From contig CALVKA010000002.1 in assembly GCA_944332475.1 (NCBI GenBank), positions 391,147 through 455,146 of the forward strand: DNA of 64,000 bases, in the 5' to 3' direction. This stretch comes from an uncultured Bacilli bacterium. GTDB taxonomy: Bacteria > Bacillota_I > Bacilli_A > RF39 > UBA660. Of the stretch, positions 1-11,402 are shown piece after piece. Positions within the stretch are counted from its first letter, which is position 1. Every line of letters starts with the position of its first letter. The notes beneath the pieces were generated by a model that worked only from the letters and a program-made list of their open reading frames with translations, searched no databases and was not told the DNA's origin. The position numbers and the translations under genes were made by a program.

Positions 1-1186
1 CGTTCTTAGCAGCCCTAATTAATTTAATAATTGCATCGATATGATCAAGAGCAATTTTTAAACCTTCTAAAATATGAGCTCTAGCTTCATCTTTAGCCAA
101 ATCAAACTTAGTACGACGAATGATAATTTCTTTCTGATAATCAATATATTTAGAAATAATATCTTTTAAACCTAAAGTTTTTGGAACACCCTGATCAAGC
201 ATTAAGAAAATAATTCCATAATTAGTTTGAAATGCAGTATGCTTATACAAATTATTAAGAACAACTTGAGGATTTGCATCCTTCTTAAGAGTAATTGTAA
301 TTGTAACGCCATTTTTCAAATCAGTATGATAATCTGTTATACCATCAATTACTTTATTGTGAACCAATTCAGCAACTTTATTTTTTAATTCTAAAGTATT
401 AATACCATAAGGAACCTCATCAATAATAATATAATGCCTTCCATTTTTTTCCTCAATTCTAGCCTTACTTCGAATAGTAATGGTTCCTCTACCAGTCTCA
501 TAAGCCTTTTTAATGCCACTGTTTCCTAAAATTATAGCACCAGTAGGAAAATCAGGACCCTTGATATATTGCATTAAACCATCTACATCAATATCAGGAT
601 TATCAATATATGCAATACACCCATCAATTACCTCTTTTAAATTATGTGGTGGAATATTAGTAGCCATACCAACAGCAATTCCCATAGTACCATTAACTAA
701 AATATTAGGAAATCTAGAAGGTAATATTTCAGGTTCCTTTTCAGACTCATCAAAATTAGGAATAAAATCAACCGTATCTTTATTAATATTTCTAAGTAGC
801 TCCAATGATATTTTAGATAAACGAGACTCTGTATAACGCATTGCTGCTGCACCATAACCCTCAATATTACCAAAATTACCATGTCCATCAACTAACATAT
901 AACGATACGAAAAGTCTTGTGCCATACGAACCATAGCCTCATAAATACTAGAATCACCATGTGGATGATATTTACCCATAACATCTCCAACAATTCTAGC
1001 ACTCTTTTTATGAGGTTTATCAGGCGTATAACCAGATTCATACATAGAATATAAAATACGTCTGTGAACAGGCTTTAAACCATCTCTCAAATCAGGCAAA
1101 GCCCTTGAAACAATAACACTCATCGAATATTCAAGGAAAGAATCCCTTACTTCATTCACTATATTATTCTGTTCTAACTTATCCAT
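1..1186 (-). CDS. gyrA: DNA gyrase subunit A, N-terminal ~395 aa; gene continues past window start
   Basis: Reverse-strand translation from ATG (complement of 1184-1186) gives [13 protein letters not shown]...[19 protein letters not shown]...GKYHPHGD...AAMRYTE, the GyrA N-terminal breakage-reunion domain. Absent from the ORF track because no stop lies inside the window. RBS GGAGG lies upstream at ~1193-1200. Confidence 0.9.
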   Translation of the reverse strand, partial: MDKLEQNNIVNEVRDSFLEYSMSVIVSRALPDLRDGLKPVHRRILYSMYESGYTPDKPHKKSARIVGDVMGKYHPHGDSSIYEAMVRMAQDFSYRYMLVDGHGNFGNIEGYGAAAMRYTESRLSKISLELLRNINKDTVDFIPNFDESEKEPEILPSRFPNILVNGTMGIAVGMATNIPPHNLKEVIDGCIAYIDNPDIDVDGLMQYIKGPDFPTGAIILGNSGIKKAYETGRGTITIRSKARIEEKNGRHYIIIDEVPYGINTLELKNKVAELVHNKVIDGITDYHTDLKNGVTITITLKKDANPQVVLNNLYKHTAFQTNYGIIFLMLDQGVPKTLGLKDIISKYIDYQKEIIIRRTKFDLAKDEARAHILEGLKIALDHIDAIIKLIRAAKN

Positions 1187-1200
1187 CTTTACCTACCTCC

Positions 1201-3138
<1,938 letters not shown>

Positions 3139-4248
3139 CTACTTTCTTTCAACATTTCCATTTTTAACATTGTATATATAAGCATCCACTAAATATTTTT
3201 TATTAATGTTTTTTAAATCTGTCGTTGTAATAATACTTTGAATACCTGTATGAATCAATTTCAAAAACCGATTTCTCTTCTTCAAATCCAATTCACTAAA
3301 AATATCATCCAAAAGAAGAACTGGCTTAGTCCCTAATTGTTGCTCAAATATAGATATTTCCGCTAACTTATAAGCCAAGATGGCAGTTTTTTGTTGACCT
3401 TGGGAACCAAAAAATTTCAAATCATTTTCATTTAATAAGAAAGAAAAATCATCTCTATGAGGACCAACAAGAGTCATACCATAATTAAGTTCTTTTTTAT
3501 AATTCTTCTTATAATAATGTTTCAAAGTTTTTCTAATATCTTCACTATCATAAGAAGATAACTCTATATTTGGTAAATATTTTACAATCAAACCCTCTTC
3601 ACCGCTAATTTCTTTATAATAAGTATTAATATTTTTATTTACCAAATCTACATATTCTTTCCGTTTTTGATAAATAAAAACTGCTTTTTCTATTAACTTA
3701 TCAGTAATAATATCCAAATAACTAGAATCCGCAATAGAATTTTGAAATAAAACCTTTAAATATTCATTTCTAGTTCTAAGTAATTTATTATACTCATTAT
3801 AAACATTTAAATAAATTTTAGAAATCTGCGAAAGCTGTATGTTTAATAGGTTACGACGAACACTAGGAGAACCTTTTACAATCTCCAAATCGTCTGGTGA
3901 GAATACAATAACATTTAAATTAGAAATATAATCTGCCACTTTTCTAATCTCAGTTTGATTAACATATAATTTCTTTTCACTATCAACCATATCTATTTCT
4001 AATTTAGACAATATCTTATCTTTCTGAACAACTCCCTTAATTTTAGCTTTCTTTTTATGAAACATAATAACATTAGGATGAACTCCTAATCGATGAGACT
4101 TTGTTAGAGCTAAAAAAGTAATAGCCTCCAATATATTTGTCTTACCTTGAGCATTATCTCCAACAAAAATATTCATACCCGAACCAAATTTTATTGCTAA
4201 GGTTGAATAATTTCTAAAATTTAATAAATTTAACTTAGTGATTTTCAA
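3139..4248 (-). CDS. recF: DNA replication and repair protein RecF
   Basis: 369 aa. N-terminal Walker A (FVGDNAQGKTNILEAI) and C-terminal signature/Walker B (LLLDDIFSELD). Lies between gyrB and dnaN as in Firmicutes. An own TGnTATAAT-like promoter (tggtataat on the minus strand, ~4290-4300) is present. Confidence 0.9.
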   Translation of the reverse strand: MKITKLNLLNFRNYSTLAIKFGSGMNIFVGDNAQGKTNILEAITFLALTKSHRLGVHPNVIMFHKKKAKIKGVVQKDKILSKLEIDMVDSEKKLYVNQTEIRKVADYISNLNVIVFSPDDLEIVKGSPSVRRNLLNIQLSQISKIYLNVYNEYNKLLRTRNEYLKVLFQNSIADSSYLDIITDKLIEKAVFIYQKRKEYVDLVNKNINTYYKEISGEEGLIVKYLPNIELSSYDSEDIRKTLKHYYKKNYKKELNYGMTLVGPHRDDFSFLLNENDLKFFGSQGQQKTAILAYKLAEISIFEQQLGTKPVLLLDDIFSELDLKKRNRFLKLIHTGIQSIITTTDLKNINKKYLVDAYIYNVKNGNVERK

Positions 4249-4371
4249 TCAGACTTAAAAAAAAGACCCATATAATCACCTATCCCCTATTTCAGTATTC
4301 CTATACATACAACAATATTATACCATAAAATAAGCTAATAAGATAGGAAAAAGTGATTTTATGAGTACTTT

Positions 4372-4821
4372 TTATAAATTGGATTTTCTCTTTCTCATTA
4401 GAAAGTCCAATCTAGAAGCTCTAGAAATCTGATTTTCTAATGTTCTATAAGAAATAGGAACAATAATTTCCTTATTATTATCAAAAATAACTTTTGTATT
4501 AATACTATCTACTTTTTCAAAAGACTTGACTCTTCTTAAAGAAATCCAAATACAATCTTCAGACCTTGGAGAAGTTGTTGGAAATACAATCAAATTATCA
4601 GTATCTTCAACAATAATAGGAACTTTATACTCTGCTCCTAAAATAGCTTTAGCACTATCCTTTCTTCCCTCATAAGTACTACCAAAATATTTACAGCTTT
4701 CCTCCATAATTTGAAATGGTGTTTGATGAATTAAAAAACGATCTTCATCCTCATACACCAAGCTTTCCATAGATTCATTAGGCATAATTGCTAATGTTCC
4801 CTTATTAATTTCATATTCCAT
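4372..4821 (-). CDS. comK: ComK-family competence transcription factor; start at second Met (MEYEIN...), which has RBS GAGGGGG
   Basis: Translation aligns by eye along its whole length with B. subtilis ComK: YEINKGTLAIMP, CKYFGSTYEGRK, LIVFPTTSPRSEDCIWISLRRVKSF, VPISYRTLENQISRASRL. The ORF track starts at 4842, but that ATG has no RBS. Confidence 0.7.
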   Translation of the reverse strand: MEYEINKGTLAIMPNESMESLVYEDEDRFLIHQTPFQIMEESCKYFGSTYEGRKDSAKAILGAEYKVPIIVEDTDNLIVFPTTSPRSEDCIWISLRRVKSFEKVDSINTKVIFDNNKEIIVPISYRTLENQISRASRLDFLMRKRKSNL

Positions 4822-4920
4822 AATATTCCCCCTCTCAAACATGAAATTGCAATTAGAATATCAACTAAATCTGTCTAATTTTGTCGAAAAAAATCATTTC
4901 ATATATATTATTCGAAAAAA

Positions 4921-4948
4921 ACAAAAAAAGACTCCAAAAATTGAGTCT
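4921..4948 (-). terminator. Rho-independent terminator after dnaN
   Basis: Hairpin AGACTC-n8-GAGTCT (4929-4948) followed by a T-run on the minus strand (complement of 4922-4928). Confidence 0.45.
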
Positions 4949-4959
4949 TTTTGAATCTT

Positions 4960-6084
4960 TTAATAAGTACGAATTGGTAATACTAATTGAGTTAATGTTT
5001 CATCTTCACTTGATTTAATTAAAATTGGTTTAATCTCTCCTACAAAATGAATATCTACAGTTTCTGTTGAAAAACTTTTTAAAGCTTCCATCATATATTT
5101 TGCACTAAATGATATTTTAATATCTTCATCATTATTTTTAGTAATAGGCATTTTTTCTTCAACACGACCAATTTCTACAGAAGAACTTTTTAATACCAAT
5201 ATATCCCCTTTTGTTTCCAATGTAACGATATTTTTTTCCTTATCACTAGTTAATATACTAACACGATCAATTACATCGTAGAAGGCGTTTAAATTGGTAC
5301 TTACAATTAAATTAGAATCTTCAGGCAATAAATTAGAAGTATTTGGATATGTTCCATTAATTAAACGAGATTCAAATTTTAAATTTCCAGTTTTAAATAA
5401 AATCTTATTATTAAAGACATGTAATTCAATATCTCCATCTTCATCATCTATAATCCTAGAAAATTCTAAAATATTATGACTTGGAATAACAATATTATAA
5501 TTCTCTTCACTAGCACTTTCTAATTTTACAACTTTTCTTGCTAAACGATAAGAATCAGTCGAATTACATTCCAATACATCCCCTACTATATTAAAATTAA
5601 TACCTGTAAGAACTGGTTTACTTTCTTCATTAGAAGCTGCAAATGCTGTCTGATTAACAATATCCTTAAATATAGAAGCTTTAATATGTACTTTCTTCTT
5701 ACTTTCTTCTAATCCGATATTAGGATACTCACTCTCACTTATACCATTTAAATTAAATTCGCTATTTTCTGTATAAATTAAAATTTTTAATTCATCTACT
5801 ACTTCTATATTAATATATTGATCAGGTAACTTACGTACAATATCTAATATATATTTTCCCTGAATAATAATACTACCTTCACTTTCAATTTTAAAGTCAT
5901 CATCATTAGCCTCAATCATAGTTTGAATAGTAATATCATTATCACTAGCTGTTAATATTAATCTTTTTTTCTTTACCTCAAACTTAATACCAGCAAGAAC
6001 TGGAATAAGATTCTTAGTAGAGATTGCTTTTGATACTTTATTTAATGCATTCAATAATAATTCTTTTTTAATCGTTAATTTCAT
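4960..6084 (-). CDS. dnaN: DNA polymerase III beta subunit (sliding clamp)
   Basis: 374 aa with three-domain clamp-like architecture. N-terminus MKLTIKKELLLNALNKVSKAIS is typical of DnaN. Immediately downstream of dnaA. Confidence 0.95.
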   Translation of the reverse strand: MKLTIKKELLLNALNKVSKAISTKNLIPVLAGIKFEVKKKRLILTASDNDITIQTMIEANDDDFKIESEGSIIIQGKYILDIVRKLPDQYINIEVVDELKILIYTENSEFNLNGISESEYPNIGLEESKKKVHIKASIFKDIVNQTAFAASNEESKPVLTGINFNIVGDVLECNSTDSYRLARKVVKLESASEENYNIVIPSHNILEFSRIIDDEDGDIELHVFNNKILFKTGNLKFESRLINGTYPNTSNLLPEDSNLIVSTNLNAFYDVIDRVSILTSDKEKNIVTLETKGDILVLKSSSVEIGRVEEKMPITKNNDEDIKISFSAKYMMEALKSFSTETVDIHFVGEIKPILIKSSEDETLTQLVLPIRTY

Positions 6085-6215
6085 TTATATTCCTTCTTTC
6101 TTTTTTATTTTTATTATTATTACTGTGGAAAAAGTGAAAAACTAAAATTTAACCAGTTTCTACAATGATTTTATCATATTTTTTATTGTGGAAAAAGAAA
6201 AGTTTCTCATCTTTT
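6085..6215. promoter_or_regulatory. oriC part 2: AT-rich DNA unwinding element plus DnaA-box-like sites in the dnaA-dnaN intergenic region
   Basis: TGTGGAAAA (6124-6132) and TGTGGAAAA (6188-6196) are reverse complements of TTTTCCACA. AGTGAAAAA is a weaker box. A 6100-6123 poly-AT tract ttttttatttttattattattac could be the unwinding element. Confidence 0.6.
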
Positions 6216-7607
6216 TTACACAACCCCTATATCCTTTTTTAATTTTTCAATAATATTAGCTAAATCTTTGTTGACTTTAATTTCTTTTTCTATTTTTTCA
6301 ACAGAATGCATTACTGTAGTATGGTCTTTTCCACCAAATTCTGTTCCTATCTTTGGAAAAGACTCATTTGTCATTGTTCTACAAAGATACATAGCGATTT
6401 GCCGAGGAAAAGAAATATTAGAACTTCTCTTTTTACTTCGAATATCTTCAACTGATATTTGAAAATATTCCGAAACTATTTTTTGAATTCTTTGAATATC
6501 ATTTTTTTCTCCCATACCTTTACTAATAAAGTCCTTCAGAGCTTCTATTGCTAAATCCAAAGTGATTTTTGCCCCACCCATTATTGTTGAGTAAGCAATC
6601 AGTCTAGTAATAGACCCTTCCAATTGTCTAACATCCGTTCCAATATTAGAAGCAATATATTCTACTACATCATCAGGTATTTCCTGCTCAAAATTTCCAG
6701 CAATAATTTTCTTTTTTAAAATTTCGGTTCTTAAAGCAAAATCAGGGGGGAAAATATTAACCGTTAATCCCCAACAGAAACGAGTTCTCAATCGATCTTC
6801 CAAAAGTTTTAAATCGTCTGGAGAACGGTCTGAGGAAATAATAATTTGCTTACTATCATTATAAAGACTATTAAAAGTATGGAAAAACTCTTGTTGTGTT
6901 TGAGTAGCCCCACCTAAAAACTGAATATCATCGATAATTAACACATCGATATTACGGTATTTGTTTTTAAAAAAATCTACATAATTGAAATTAGTCCCCT
7001 TCTCGTCTTTTTTATTGATACCAATAAAATCTTGAATAAATTGATCTGATGTAACATATAGCACCCTACGATTACTATTTTCTGTAATATAATTTCCAAT
7101 AGCATGCATTAAATGAGTTTTACCAAGACCACTATTTCCATATATAAATAAAGGATTATACATATTACCGGGATTTTCAGCAACAGACAAGGCAGCTGCA
7201 TGAGCAAATTTATTACTATTACCAACAATAAAATTATCAAAAGTATATTTGCTTTTTAAATTTGTTTGTATTTGATTATGAGGAACCCCAGAAATTTCAT
7301 TAGTTTGAACCACCATTTCTTCCTCATGCTCTTTATTATTATTCTCCCCCTCTTCTTCAATTTCTTCTTTTAATAGAAATACCAATTCAAAATTTGTTCC
7401 TGTAATATCATTTAAATGATTTAATATTAATTCAGAATAATTATCGGCTAAATGTTTTTTATGAATCGGCATAGGAACAATAATATAAGCTTTGCCGTTA
7501 TCTAATTTATATAATTTTGTATCTTTAAACCAAGTATCAAAGGATAGAGAGGTCAAATCGTCTTTTACTTCAGATAGAAATTTTGACCATAAAATATCTA
7601 CATTCAT
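6216..7607 (-). CDS. dnaA: Chromosomal replication initiator protein DnaA
   Basis: AAA+ Walker A (GNSGLGKTHLMHAIG), Walker B (DVLIIDDIQFL) and C-terminal DnaA-box-binding helix. Start is set at ATG 7607 (MNVDILWSKF), which has RBS GGAG 8 nt upstream; the track's 7625 start is a TTG. Confidence 0.95.
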   Translation of the reverse strand: MNVDILWSKFLSEVKDDLTSLSFDTWFKDTKLYKLDNGKAYIIVPMPIHKKHLADNYSELILNHLNDITGTNFELVFLLKEEIEEEGENNNKEHEEEMVVQTNEISGVPHNQIQTNLKSKYTFDNFIVGNSNKFAHAAALSVAENPGNMYNPLFIYGNSGLGKTHLMHAIGNYITENSNRRVLYVTSDQFIQDFIGINKKDEKGTNFNYVDFFKNKYRNIDVLIIDDIQFLGGATQTQQEFFHTFNSLYNDSKQIIISSDRSPDDLKLLEDRLRTRFCWGLTVNIFPPDFALRTEILKKKIIAGNFEQEIPDDVVEYIASNIGTDVRQLEGSITRLIAYSTIMGGAKITLDLAIEALKDFISKGMGEKNDIQRIQKIVSEYFQISVEDIRSKKRSSNISFPRQIAMYLCRTMTNESFPKIGTEFGGKDHTTVMHSVEKIEKEIKVNKDLANIIEKLKKDIGVV

Positions 7608-7625
7608 TCGACCATCTCCCCACAA

Positions 7626-7860
7626 GTAAAATTATACCAATAGTTTAGCTCAAATTGTTTAAAAAAGAAATAGAAAAAGTAAAAAAAAAAGAAATCACAG
7701 CTTTTCCACAAAAGAAATCACAAGGAAATATGTGAAAAAATAACGAAAAAAAAGATATTTCCACATTTTCCACAAATTTTTGCCCACAGCAGTGCAAAAT
7801 ATAATTCACAGTGCTGTGGAAATTGTGGAAAGAAAAAAAGCAAGTAAAAAAAACAAATGA
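7626..7860. promoter_or_regulatory. oriC part 1: cluster of at least 6 DnaA-box-like 9-mers between dnaA and rpmH
   Basis: TTTTCCACA at 7701-7709 and 7764-7772. ATTTCCACA at 7755-7763. TGTGGAAAT and TGTGGAAAG at 7814-7832 on the opposite strand. TTGCCCACA at 7779-7787. All within 1-2 mismatches of TTATCCACA. Confidence 0.65.
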
Positions 7861-7892
7861 TTGACAAATTGCTCACTTTATTATTATAATAA
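7861..7892 (+). promoter_or_regulatory. Sigma-A promoter for rpmH-rnpA
   Basis: TTGACA (7861-7866), 18-nt spacer, then TATAAT. RBS GGAGGTGGAGAG precedes rpmH. Confidence 0.5.
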
Positions 7893-7922
7893 TGTAGATT
7901 TATGTCTGGAGGTGGAGAGAAG

Positions 7923-8045
7923 ATGAAAAGAACATATCAACCAAATAATCGTAAAAAATCTAAAAAAATGGGCTTTTTCGCACGCAAGAAAACAAATATC
8001 TTAAATCGTCGTCGTCGCAAAGGACGTAAAAGTCTTTGTAAATAA
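7923..8045 (+). CDS. rpmH: 50S ribosomal protein L34 (short, 40 aa)
   Basis: MKRTYQPNNRKKSKKMGFFARKKTNILNRRRRKGRKSLCK. Too short for the ORF track. Strong RBS. Canonical position divergent from dnaA and upstream of rnpA. Confidence 0.85.
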   Translation: MKRTYQPNNRKKSKKMGFFARKKTNILNRRRRKGRKSLCK

Positions 8046-8093
8046 TTTACCGCTGCCAAAACAGTGGTTTTTTACTTATAAAGAGGTGATAAG

Positions 8094-8429
8094 ATGAAAA
8101 AATTATATATAGTAAAACATAAGTATGATTTTGATAGAATTATAAAACAAGGAAAGAAAAAAAAGAATGATATCTTTATAATATATTCCGAAAACAACAA
8201 TTTAAAATATGCACGATATGGGATATCAGTAGGAAAAAAACTAGGAAATGCTGTATATAGAAATAAAAAGAAAAGGCAATTAAGATCCATAATAGATAAT
8301 TTAGAAAAAGACTATGTAAAAACGAAAGATTATATTATAATATTAAGAGAAAAGGGAAAACAGTTAGATTACCAAGAATTAAATAAAAAACTTAAGTCCC
8401 TTATAATTGAAAGAAAGGACCAAAGATGA
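8094..8429 (+). CDS. rnpA: Ribonuclease P protein component
   Basis: 111 aa basic protein with the RNR-like motif NAVYRNKKKRQLRSI. Position after rpmH fits. Confidence 0.85.
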   Translation: MKKLYIVKHKYDFDRIIKQGKKKKNDIFIIYSENNNLKYARYGISVGKKLGNAVYRNKKKRQLRSIIDNLEKDYVKTKDYIIILREKGKQLDYQELNKKLKSLIIERKDQR

Positions 8430-9355
8430 AGAAAAACAAATTGAAAATTCTCATTATTTTAATTCTACTATTAGTAACGACTGGTTGTACTACAACTCTA
8501 ACAGATGACGATAATAGAGCAGTAAGAAATGAGAATACAGGACAAAACTTAACAGAAAACATCATATGTCAACCAACAGATAAAGAAAATATAAAATTGT
8601 ATGAAGAAAATGGAGTAAAAGTGGATGAACTACCAACTTGCGAAGAGTTCACGCCAGCATCAGGAAAATATGAAGGTCTATGGACCAGTATATTTGTAAA
8701 GCCGCTATCTTTTATTTTATTATGGGCAGGTAGGTTAGTAGGTAATTATGCTATTTCATTAATAATTATTAGTATTATTATTAGATTGATAACTTTCCCA
8801 TTAACCAAAAAGACAGCCTTACAATCAGAAATGATGAAAAAAGCACAACCAGAATTAGAAAAAATCCAAAGAAAATATAAAGATAAACAAGACCAAGAAT
8901 CTATGATGAAACAAAGTCAAGAACTGATGATGGCATATAAAAAATATAATATAAGTCCTATGTCTGGATGTTTGTTTGCTATGTTACAATTTCCAATAGT
9001 AATTGCCTTTTTTGAAGCAATCCAAAGAACACCAGCCATATTTGAAGATAAGTTTTTGGGATTACAACTAGGAACTACACCATCAGTAGGAATTACTTCT
9101 GCTACATTTATTGCATATCTTATTCTAATGTTATTCATTGCAGGAACAACATTTTATTCTCTAAGAATGAACTTATCAAATTCAAATGTTGATCCTAGTA
9201 TGAAAATGATGCCAATCATGATGAGTGTAATAATCATTATTACAGCCTTATTCATGCCATCAGCATTAGGAATTTACTGGGTGACATCAAATTTATTAAC
9301 GATAATCCAGAATATAGTAGTAAAAAGGAGCAAAGAAGTACATGGAAAAGCATAA
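8426..9355 (+). CDS. yidC: Membrane protein insertase YidC/SpoIIIJ family (lipoprotein signal)
   Basis: Lipoprotein signal LLLVTTGC, multiple TM segments and a basic C-terminal tail. Overlaps the rnpA stop (coupling), as in rnpA-yidC-jag operons. Confidence 0.85.
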   Translation: MKKNKLKILIILILLLVTTGCTTTLTDDDNRAVRNENTGQNLTENIICQPTDKENIKLYEENGVKVDELPTCEEFTPASGKYEGLWTSIFVKPLSFILLWAGRLVGNYAISLIIISIIIRLITFPLTKKTALQSEMMKKAQPELEKIQRKYKDKQDQESMMKQSQELMMAYKKYNISPMSGCLFAMLQFPIVIAFFEAIQRTPAIFEDKFLGLQLGTTPSVGITSATFIAYLILMLFIAGTTFYSLRMNLSNSNVDPSMKMMPIMMSVIIIITALFMPSALGIYWVTSNLLTIIQNIVVKRSKEVHGKA

Positions 9356-9959
9356 GTTTTTAGGAAAAACAAAAGAAGAAGCAATTGAAAATGCAAAAAT
9401 TGGTCTACAAGAGCTAGAAGAAAATTTAATTATTACAGAAACAGAAGTACAAAAAGGTGGATTATTTAAAAGCAAAAAAGTAGAAGTAGAAGTAATAGAA
9501 AAAAGAGAAGTAGTAAAAGAGATAAAAAATTACTTATCAAAACTATTAAAAGACTTAGGCTTTACAGCCAATATTGAAGTAAAGATGAAAGGCCAGGTAC
9601 CAACTTATACCATATATTCTGATAATGATGGTTTATTGATTGGAAAAAATGGAAAAAATCTTCATGCTTTATCAATTGTAGTAGGTCAATATATAAAAAA
9701 AGAAATAGGGGAGTCATATAAATTTTTAATTGATATTAATGATTATAAAGAAAAACATGAAAGAGCTCTAGTACGTTTAGCCAAAAAAGTAGCAAAAGAA
9801 GTAGCTCAAACAAAAATTGAAGCAAAGATGGATTCAATGAATTCTTATGAAAGAAGAATTATTCATAATGCATTAACAAATAATAAAAAAGTATATACAG
9901 AAAGTGAAGGGGAAGAACCTAATCGTTATGTAGTAATTAAACCAAAAGAAGAAGAGTAA
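9342..9959 (+). CDS. jag: Jag/KhpB RNA-binding protein (KH and R3H domains)
   Basis: 205 aa. KH-like IGKNGKNLHALSIV and R3H-like SMNSYERRIIHNAL. Conserved position after yidC. Confidence 0.75.
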   Translation: MEKHKFLGKTKEEAIENAKIGLQELEENLIITETEVQKGGLFKSKKVEVEVIEKREVVKEIKNYLSKLLKDLGFTANIEVKMKGQVPTYTIYSDNDGLLIGKNGKNLHALSIVVGQYIKKEIGESYKFLIDINDYKEKHERALVRLAKKVAKEVAQTKIEAKMDSMNSYERRIIHNALTNNKKVYTESEGEEPNRYVVIKPKEEE

Positions 9960-10036
9960 TTCTTCTTTTTTCGTTTTTACTTAAATATTAAGGATTTGTG
10001 TGCTATAATATACGAAGAAAAAGAGGAAGTGATACT

Positions 10037-11392
10037 ATGAATGATACAATTGTCGCAATTTCAACCGCCATGGGAGTTGGAGCGATATCCATTGTAAGAT
10101 TAAGCGGAAACGATGCCATAAACATTGTCAACAACTGCTTTAAAGGAAAAGATTTAACAAAGGTAGAAAGCCACACAATCAATTATGGGCATCTTTTAGA
10201 CAATGGAGAAGTAATTGATGAGGTTTTGGTATCCGTTATGAAAGCCCCAAGAACTTATACTATGGAAGATGTAGTAGAAATCAATTGTCATGGTGGAATT
10301 ATCTCTACTAAAAGAATATTAGAAACCATGTTAACAAATGGTGCTAGATTAGCAGAACCAGGAGAATTTACCAAAAGGGCATTTTTAAATGGAAGAATTG
10401 ATCTTGTAAAAAGTGAAGCAGTAATGGATATTATCGATAGTAAGACAGAAGAAGCCAATAAATTGGCACTTTCTCAATTAACGGGAACTACATCAAATAT
10501 GATTCATTCATTTAGAGAAAAATTAAAGCAATTATTAGCATCTATAGAAGTAAACATTGATTATCCAGAGTATCATGATATTGAAGTAATAACAAAAGAA
10601 CAAGTATCCTCAGAGATAGTAAAAATGAAACAAGAATTAGAAAAAGTAATCAAAGAATCTAAAAACTCCACATTAATAAAAGAAGGAATAAAAACTGTTA
10701 TAGTAGGAAGACCAAATGTTGGAAAAAGTAGTATTTTAAATAAGTTATTAGAACAAGATAAAGCCATTGTAACAGATATTGCAGGAACGACTAGGGATAT
10801 CGTAGAAGGAGAAATTAATTTAGATGGCATTTTATTAAATATTATTGATACTGCAGGAATTCGAAGTACAGATGATGTAGTAGAGAAAATTGGAGTAGAA
10901 AAAAGTATTTCAATGATAGAAGATGCGGATTTAGTAATTGTAGTACTAAACAATAACGAACCTCTAACAGCAGAAGATAAGGAGATATTATCAAAAACAA
11001 AAGAAAAACAACGAATTATTGTAATTAATAAAACAGACTTACCAACGAACATAGATATCAGTAAAGAAAATTTAAAAAATGTAGTTCATACTAATGCGAA
11101 TACGGTAGAAGGAATTAAGCAATTAAAATCAAAAATTATAGAACTTTTTCAATTAGAGACATTAAAAACAAAAGATTATACTTATTTAAGTAATGCTAGA
11201 CAAATTTCTTTAGCTAAAAAGGCCTATCAAAGCCTAAAAGAAGCAGAAACAGGACTTAATAACAATTTACCAATTGATATGGTAGAAATCGATTTAAAAG
11301 AAACTTTTGACTTATTAGGTGAAATAATAGGAGAAACTTATAGTGAAGAAATATTAGATCATTTATTTGCAAACTTTTGTGTAGGAAAGTAG
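10037..11392 (+). CDS. mnmE: tRNA modification GTPase MnmE (TrmE)
   Basis: G-domain motifs GRPNVGKSS and DTAGIR. C-terminal CxGK (FCVGK). Start at ATG 10037 with RBS AAGAGGAAG; the track start 9998 lacks an RBS. Confidence 0.9.
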   Translation: MNDTIVAISTAMGVGAISIVRLSGNDAINIVNNCFKGKDLTKVESHTINYGHLLDNGEVIDEVLVSVMKAPRTYTMEDVVEINCHGGIISTKRILETMLTNGARLAEPGEFTKRAFLNGRIDLVKSEAVMDIIDSKTEEANKLALSQLTGTTSNMIHSFREKLKQLLASIEVNIDYPEYHDIEVITKEQVSSEIVKMKQELEKVIKESKNSTLIKEGIKTVIVGRPNVGKSSILNKLLEQDKAIVTDIAGTTRDIVEGEINLDGILLNIIDTAGIRSTDDVVEKIGVEKSISMIEDADLVIVVLNNNEPLTAEDKEILSKTKEKQRIIVINKTDLPTNIDISKENLKNVVHTNANTVEGIKQLKSKIIELFQLETLKTKDYTYLSNARQISLAKKAYQSLKEAETGLNNNLPIDMVEIDLKETFDLLGEIIGETYSEEILDHLFANFCVGK

Positions 11393-11402
11393 AGGTGATA
11401 AT

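Noticed and set aside
513-891. Track ORFs 513-836 (+) and 697-891 (-), in a region apparently without a called gene
   Set aside because: The region is fully covered by the minus-strand gyrA reading frame (1-1186), which the track missed only because its stop lies outside the window. These short ORFs have low-complexity translations and no RBS.
10573-11052. 159-aa antisense ORF inside mnmE; similar antisense or alternate-frame ORFs include 1346-1616, 8072-8290, 8917-9138, 14063-14635, 20062-20580, 21371-21914, 27227-27700, 48017-48268 and 52651-53070
   Set aside because: All lie within strongly supported genes on the other strand or frame. Their translations are Ser/Ile/Leu/Phe-rich, typical of antisense reading of AT-rich coding DNA. 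None has an RBS.
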